Below the pieces are notes generated by a model. The model worked only from the letters and a program-made list of their open reading frames with translations, did not search any database and was not told where the DNA came from. The position numbers and the translations under genes are program-made. Below, piece by piece: positions 58,956-64,000 of a stretch of 64,000 nt of DNA. Each line of letters opens with the position of its first letter. Position 1 is the first letter of the stretch. Source of the stretch: Planktothrix sp. GU0601_MAG3 (GTDB lineage Bacteria; Cyanobacteriota; Cyanobacteriia; Cyanobacteriales; Microcoleaceae); contig CP136572.1 of assembly GCA_035193785.1 (NCBI GenBank), forward strand, positions 3,924,578 through 3,988,577, read 5' to 3'.

Positions 58956-59283
58956 ATGTCTTTAAATTCCCCAAAGATTGATCAAAATAATACAGATTTA
59001 TCTGTATTAAATACTAGAGAAAAGTATCAATCTGATTCCCGAATTCGAGTTAGGATTCCCAAGGAATACCACCAAGAAACCCGTGATTTCCCGCCTAGCT
59101 TCTGATTATGGTTTGCAAGTTAATATTATCGGAGCAATTTTAGGTCAGAATGCCCGGGAAGATGGTTGGTTTGATTTGCTACTGAAAGGAACTCCCCAAC
59201 AAATTGATAGTGCCATGATTTATCTTTCAGATCTGGATATTGAAATTTGGGGAGATTCAAAATCAGAAGTAGATGGTTGGTAA
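58956..59283 (+). CDS. NIL domain protein (frameshift at 59076-59080)
   Basis: RIRVRIPKEYHQEPVISRL...VNIIGA...GWFDL after correction; GAGGAG RBS. Confidence 0.85.
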
Positions 59284-59327
59284 AAAAGTTAAGTAAATCC
59301 CTGTTACTCGTAGAGGATTAAACATTA

Positions 59328-60200
59328 ATGGCGACTTCTGTAGACCCGTTTAAACCCCACAAACCAGATTTTAACAACCCGTTGAAAGAACTTGGGATGC
59401 GGTTTTCTTTTCCTTGGGTTTTTACTTTTTCCTATCTAATTCTTATGTTAATGTTGCCCTTTGCGGCATTAATTGGAAGTGCGCTGATGGTATCTCCCCA
59501 AGAGTTCTGGAAAATTGCCTTTAGCCCCATTGCCGTGAGTGCTTATAACGTTACTTTTGTCACCGCTTTAGCCGCCGGGGCAATTAATGGAATTATGGGA
59601 ACTTTAATCGCTTGGGTGTTAGTTCGTTATACCTTTCCAGGGAAAAAATTAATTGATGCCGCCGTTGATTTGCCCTTTGCTTTACCCACTTCTGTCGCTG
59701 GTTTAGTCTTAGCAACAGTTTATAGCAATAATGGTTGGATTGGACAACTTTTTGTCCCCTTTGGGATTAAAATAGCCTTCACCCGTTTAGGGGTTTTTGT
59801 TGCCATGTTGTTTATTTCCTTGCCCTTTGTGGTGCGAACTTTACAGCCCGTTATGCAGGAAATGGAACGGGAAATTGAGGAAGCAGCTTGGTCATTAGGT
59901 GCATCTCAATTCCAAACTTTTATTAGGGTTTTACTGCCCCCATTAATGCCTCCAATTTTAACCGGAATTGCCCTGGGTTTTTCCCGGGCCGTGGGAGAAT
60001 ATGGTTCGGTAGTAATTATTTCTTCTAGTATTCCCTTTAAAGATTTAATTGCTCCGATTTTAGTATTTCAACGCTTAGAACAATATGACTATGTAGGTGC
60101 GACGGTCATTGGTAGTGTCTTACTGGTTTTTTCATTGTTCTTGTTACTACTAATTAATGCACTCCAACAGTGGGGACGACGTTATTCTCTGAACAGTTAA
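59328..60200 (+). CDS. cysT: Sulfate ABC transporter permease
   Basis: [12 protein letters not shown] and EEAAWSLGA. Confidence 0.95.
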   Translation: MATSVDPFKPHKPDFNNPLKELGMRFSFPWVFTFSYLILMLMLPFAALIGSALMVSPQEFWKIAFSPIAVSAYNVTFVTALAAGAINGIMGTLIAWVLVRYTFPGKKLIDAAVDLPFALPTSVAGLVLATVYSNNGWIGQLFVPFGIKIAFTRLGVFVAMLFISLPFVVRTLQPVMQEMEREIEEAAWSLGASQFQTFIRVLLPPLMPPILTGIALGFSRAVGEYGSVVIISSSIPFKDLIAPILVFQRLEQYDYVGATVIGSVLLVFSLFLLLLINALQQWGRRYSLNS

Positions 60201-60229
60201 GATTTTAACCCCTTAATTATTTACCATTT

Positions 60230-61070
60230 ATGTCATCCATTTCTGTAAAAAATCAGGTTCAGTCTGAGTCTTTCCCTTGGGTTAAATGGCTGCTAATAGG
60301 TATTGCTTTACTCTATCTAGCTTTGGTTTTATTTATTCCAGCCATAGCCGTTTTTTATGAAGCATTCCATAAAGGAACCCAAGAATTTATCATTGCTATC
60401 AATAGCAGCGACTTTCAAAAAGCAATGCAACTTACCCTGATAATTGCATTGATTGTTGTTCCCATAAATACTCTATTTGGACTCTGTGCCGCTTGGGTGA
60501 TTGGTCGAAATCAATTTAGAGGTCGTACCTTATTAATTAGTATTATTGACCTGCCCTTTGCCATTTCTCCCGTGGTAGCTGGGTTAATGATTGTGCTGTT
60601 ATATGGTCGCAATGGTTGGTTTGGGCCAGCCTTACAAAACCTTGATATTAAAGTGTTATTTTCCCTCCCCGGAATGGTACTAGCCACACTATTTGTTTCT
60701 TTACCTTTTGTCGCCAGAGAAGTAATTCCAGTTTTAGAAGAATTAGGTTCGGAAACAGGAAGAAGCCGCTCGCACTTTAGGCGCCAACGATTTCCAAATT
60801 TTCTGGCGTGTTACCCTCCCCAATATTAAATGGGGTTTGCTCTATGGTGTTCTATTAACTAATGCTAGAGCTATGGGGGAATTTGGAGCGGTGGCGGTGG
60901 TTTCTGGACTAATTGCCGGCCGAACTTTAACCTTACCAACCTTTGTAGAACAGGCCTACAAAAATTATCAAACCGAAGCCGCTTTTGGTGCCGCCACCAT
61001 TTTAGCCTTACTCGCTTTAGTAACTTTAGTTCTCAAGGAGATATTAGAGAGAAAAACCAGTCACGGATAA
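60230..61070 (+). CDS. cysW: Sulfate ABC transporter permease (frameshift at 60752-60756)
   Basis: DLPFAISPVVAG, restored EQEEAARTLGA and ARAMGEFGAV. Confidence 0.95.
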
Positions 61071-61196
61071 ATTAATTGATTACAAATTAGAGATCACGAA
61101 TTGTTTTAATCATTCCTAAATTCGTAATTCGTAATTGTTTTAATCATTCCTAAATTCGTAATTCGTAATTCGTAATTCGTAATTCTTAGAGGTACT

Positions 61197-62241
61197 ATGG
61201 GTATTATCATTAACAACGTTTCTCAAGTATTCGGTGATTTTCAAGCCTTAGATAATATTAACTTGAAAATTAAAGATGGAACCTTAGTCGCATTATTAGG
61301 GCCTTCCGGTTCAGGAAAGTCTACTTTATTAAGAGCGATCGCCGGATTAGAACCCCCTACTGGTGGACAAATTATTATCAATGGTCAAGATACCACCCAT
61401 TTAGATGTCCGACGCCGCAATATTGGATTTGTCTTCCAACATTATGCCCTGTTTAAACATCTAAATGTCCGCCAAAATATCGCCTTCGGTTTAGAAATTC
61501 GCAAACATCCGCGACACAAAATTAAAGCCAGAGTTGAGGAATTATTAGAATTAATTCAGTTAACTGGATTAGGAAATCGTTATCCCTCTCAACTATCTGG
61601 CGGTCAACGTCAACGGGTGGCCTTAGCCCGGGCTTTAGCGGTACAACCCCAGGTATTATTACTTGATGAACCCTTTGGGGCCTTAGATGCCAAAGTTCGC
61701 CTAGAATTGCGGGGTTGGTTACGTCAACTGCACGATGAAGTCCACGTTACTAGCGTTTTTGTCACCCATGACCAAGAAGAAGCCATGGCCGTAGCCGATG
61801 AAATTGTGGTGATGAATCATGGCAAAATTGAACAGGTGGGAACCCCCTCAGAAATTTATGATCATCCCGCCACACCCTTTGTGATGCAATTTATCGGCAC
61901 AGTTAATGTTTTGCCGCGTCATACCACACTATTTCAAGATCTGCATTTAGATTCTACTGCGGCTAATATTTTTGTTCGTCCCCATGATCTGGAATTGCAC
62001 ACAAATAGCGATCAAGAACTCAGCACAGTTGCTCAGGTCAAACGGGTGACTCATTTGGGCTGGGATATTCAAGTGAATTTAATCCTGGCTGATGGAGGCG
62101 AAATTGTTGCCCATTTAAGTAAAGAACAGTTTAGCAAACTGCAACTTCAATCCGGTGATCAAGTTTTTGTTCAGCCCAAACGCGGATATAACGGCGATAC
62201 CTGCGAAATTTTATTAGAAGAAACCCGCCGCAGTCCACTAA
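61197..62241 (+). CDS. cysA: Sulfate ABC transporter ATPase (3' frameshift at 62220-62224)
   Basis: [18 protein letters not shown] and [12 protein letters not shown]. Confidence 0.95.
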
Positions 62242-62564
62242 AACCCCCAATCGCCCCAACCGCCTTCTATCCCTTCTCTATACCAGAGAGGGGTTTTTTA
62301 TTTAGGCAAAGATAATCAGAAACCGGAAATTTTACAAAAAGTAACGATAAGGCTAAAACCACTTGCCCAACTGTCACATACATTACATAATTGGATTCCG
62401 CCTTTCGGCGTATAGGCAAGGAAGATTTTGATAACGGGGAAAAAACTGGAACAATTTCTCCTGTAAAAACTGATTTTACTAGAGATACTGATCATATCAA
62501 GATCAATCCTATCCTACTTCCAAAAATCCGATGTAATCATTACACTAAAGTAGAGGTTGACAAC

Positions 62565-62885
62565 ATGAAAATCATTCAAGGATATAACCCGTTACAGCCT
62601 GCTTCCCCACTAAAAATTCGTAAAGCTAGTGGTGTGACAATTGTTGAGAAATCAGGTGATCATCTCTATGTATTGCCCGATGAAAACTATAATAAAGCTG
62701 TAACATATCTTAATAAAATTGGCTATTTTGATATTAATAATTGGGCAGAACAAGCAACTGATTTAGATGGCTTTTACTTTATTAATGCCATTACCAAAAC
62801 AGGAAACTATTTGGGTTCAGAATGGAATGATATTATTTTAGGACTTAAATTCAGAGGATTGGCGACTTACGTTTCTACTAATTAA
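62565..62885 (+). CDS. Hypothetical protein
   Basis: ATG after GAGG; 106-aa ORF. Confidence 0.55.
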   Translation: MKIIQGYNPLQPASPLKIRKASGVTIVEKSGDHLYVLPDENYNKAVTYLNKIGYFDINNWAEQATDLDGFYFINAITKTGNYLGSEWNDIILGLKFRGLATYVSTN

Positions 62886-63031
62886 TCTCTGATTTAATCC
62901 GTTTAACTGGAGGATTTATCCTTTAATTCTTAACGGTTTACCCATCCCGATAATCATATTTTTACTAAATCATCCTGATTCTGAATCAACGGGTCTGTAT
63001 AGATTACAAGTTGACCTGACCGGATGGAAGC

Positions 63032-63236
63032 ATGAACAAGGTATTATCGGGAACATCTATTGATATCCAGGGTATCGTTAGCAAAATTTACGCCACAGGT
63101 AAAATTACCCGCGCCGACCAAAACGGGTTAATGACCTTGGTTTTTTCTGACCAAGTTTCTAGGGTTGCGCGAATGCCAACAAATCAGTGAAATTATCAAT
63201 CGTTTAAACAACGGATGGTTAAAAGTCATAGATTAA
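63032..63236 (+). CDS. Small 67-aa cyanobacterial helical protein (hidden by frameshift at 63155-63159)
   Basis: Corrected: MNKVLSGTSIDIQGIVSKIYATGKITRADQNGLMTLVFSDQVLGLRECQQISEIINRLNNGWLKVID. Confidence 0.7.
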
Positions 63237-63272
63237 AAACAATCCTATTCAGATATTTATACAGGAGTAAAT

Positions 63273-63986
63273 TTACTCAATTAAAAAACTATCTATCTCA
63301 TCAATAAATTTTTTGAGTTGTTTTATACTTTTAGTTAAATGCAAATACAAAAATTCATAATTAAGATAGTTTATAATATCTTGCGATTGTTTTTCACTCT
63401 TGTCATAATTACTACCTATTAACTGATAAATTTCCTGTAAGTCTTGAGCAGGATGTGGTCTTTTTTCAATATCTATACTTCTTAGATCAAAACCACATTC
63501 TTGCATGATAAAATCTGGAGTTAAACGATTATCTATCTTAGCAAAATAATGCCATTCTGCTAAAAACCAGGCTTCAATCTCCATCACAGCTATATTGACA
63601 GAAATTGGAATCCCTATTTTATTTAAAGGTTTTAAATTTCCTCTGATTCCTTTTTCTATTTCTTCCTTTTTATCCAAAGGATGGGGGTATAAATCCCTAA
63701 GCCCTATGATCTTTTGATAACCATTTTTCGTTAGACTTTTATGTTGTTTTCTTATATCAGAAACCACCTGAGAATCAGTACCACAATCATATAAAAGAAC
63801 AAAAAAAGAGGCATCTTTTACTAGACTTAATTTAAGGGGTTTAAGAATACGATTAGATTTACTTCCATCAAATTTATAAGTTTCAATAGATATGTTTTTA
63901 TATCCAGCAATTTCCTGAAATAGCCTTTCCACAAAAATCTGTTCCGTCTGTCCTTCAACAAAACAAGCAATTTTCTTCGGGGTCAT
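63273..63986 (-). CDS. DUF4276/TOPRIM-like protein, probably partner of an upstream AAA ATPase outside the window
   Basis: FVEGQTE, LRDLYP and EIEAWFLA. Confidence 0.75.
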   Translation of the reverse strand: MTPKKIACFVEGQTEQIFVERLFQEIAGYKNISIETYKFDGSKSNRILKPLKLSLVKDASFFVLLYDCGTDSQVVSDIRKQHKSLTKNGYQKIIGLRDLYPHPLDKKEEIEKGIRGNLKPLNKIGIPISVNIAVMEIEAWFLAEWHYFAKIDNRLTPDFIMQECGFDLRSIDIEKRPHPAQDLQEIYQLIGSNYDKSEKQSQDIINYLNYEFLYLHLTKSIKQLKKFIDEIDSFLIE

Positions 63987-64000
63987 CTTTTATTCTTCCC

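Noticed and set aside
1040..62241. Mass pseudogenisation or programmed ribosomal frameshifting of glpX, trpA, mrp, folB, cysW and others
   Set aside because: Essential genes are hit, there are no nonsense mutations, and all breaks share one DNA motif in either orientation relative to the gene. That indicates a DNA-level read error, not an mRNA slippery site.

Overview
64 kb of chromosome from a filamentous cyanobacterium, probably Oscillatoriales/Planktothrix-like (inferred from frequent HIP1 GCGATCGC, heptamer STRR tracts, ndhL, psb29 and patX). Most of it is core metabolism: glpX, hemA, trpA, mrp, hemF, potABCD, pyrC-like, lepB, folB, mnmE, wza/wzc, sbp-cysTWA and three tRNAs. Five things stand out. 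(1) About 33 apparent frameshifts all fall on one motif, an extra base turning GAAC/GTTC into GAAAC/GTTTC. This looks like a sequencing footprint of a DNA modification at GAAC/GTTC, the classic Dnd phosphorothioate motif, not pseudogenisation. CDS coordinates below are motif-corrected. (2) An AT-rich operon next to mnmE encodes a GNAT-PIN-like-ASCH fusion, a stand-alone ASCH protein and McrBC, a candidate undescribed modification/reader/restriction defence system. (3) A RAYT transposase with REP palindromes lies beside a HicBA pair flanked by two ~150-bp REP-doublet direct repeats. (4) An insert-Cys cyanobacteriochrome hybrid kinase with a degenerate ATPase and receiver is coupled to a REC-GGDEF-EAL protein. 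(5) A patX-like peptide gene carries an RGGGRR motif. All family calls are from motif recognition; no searches were run.
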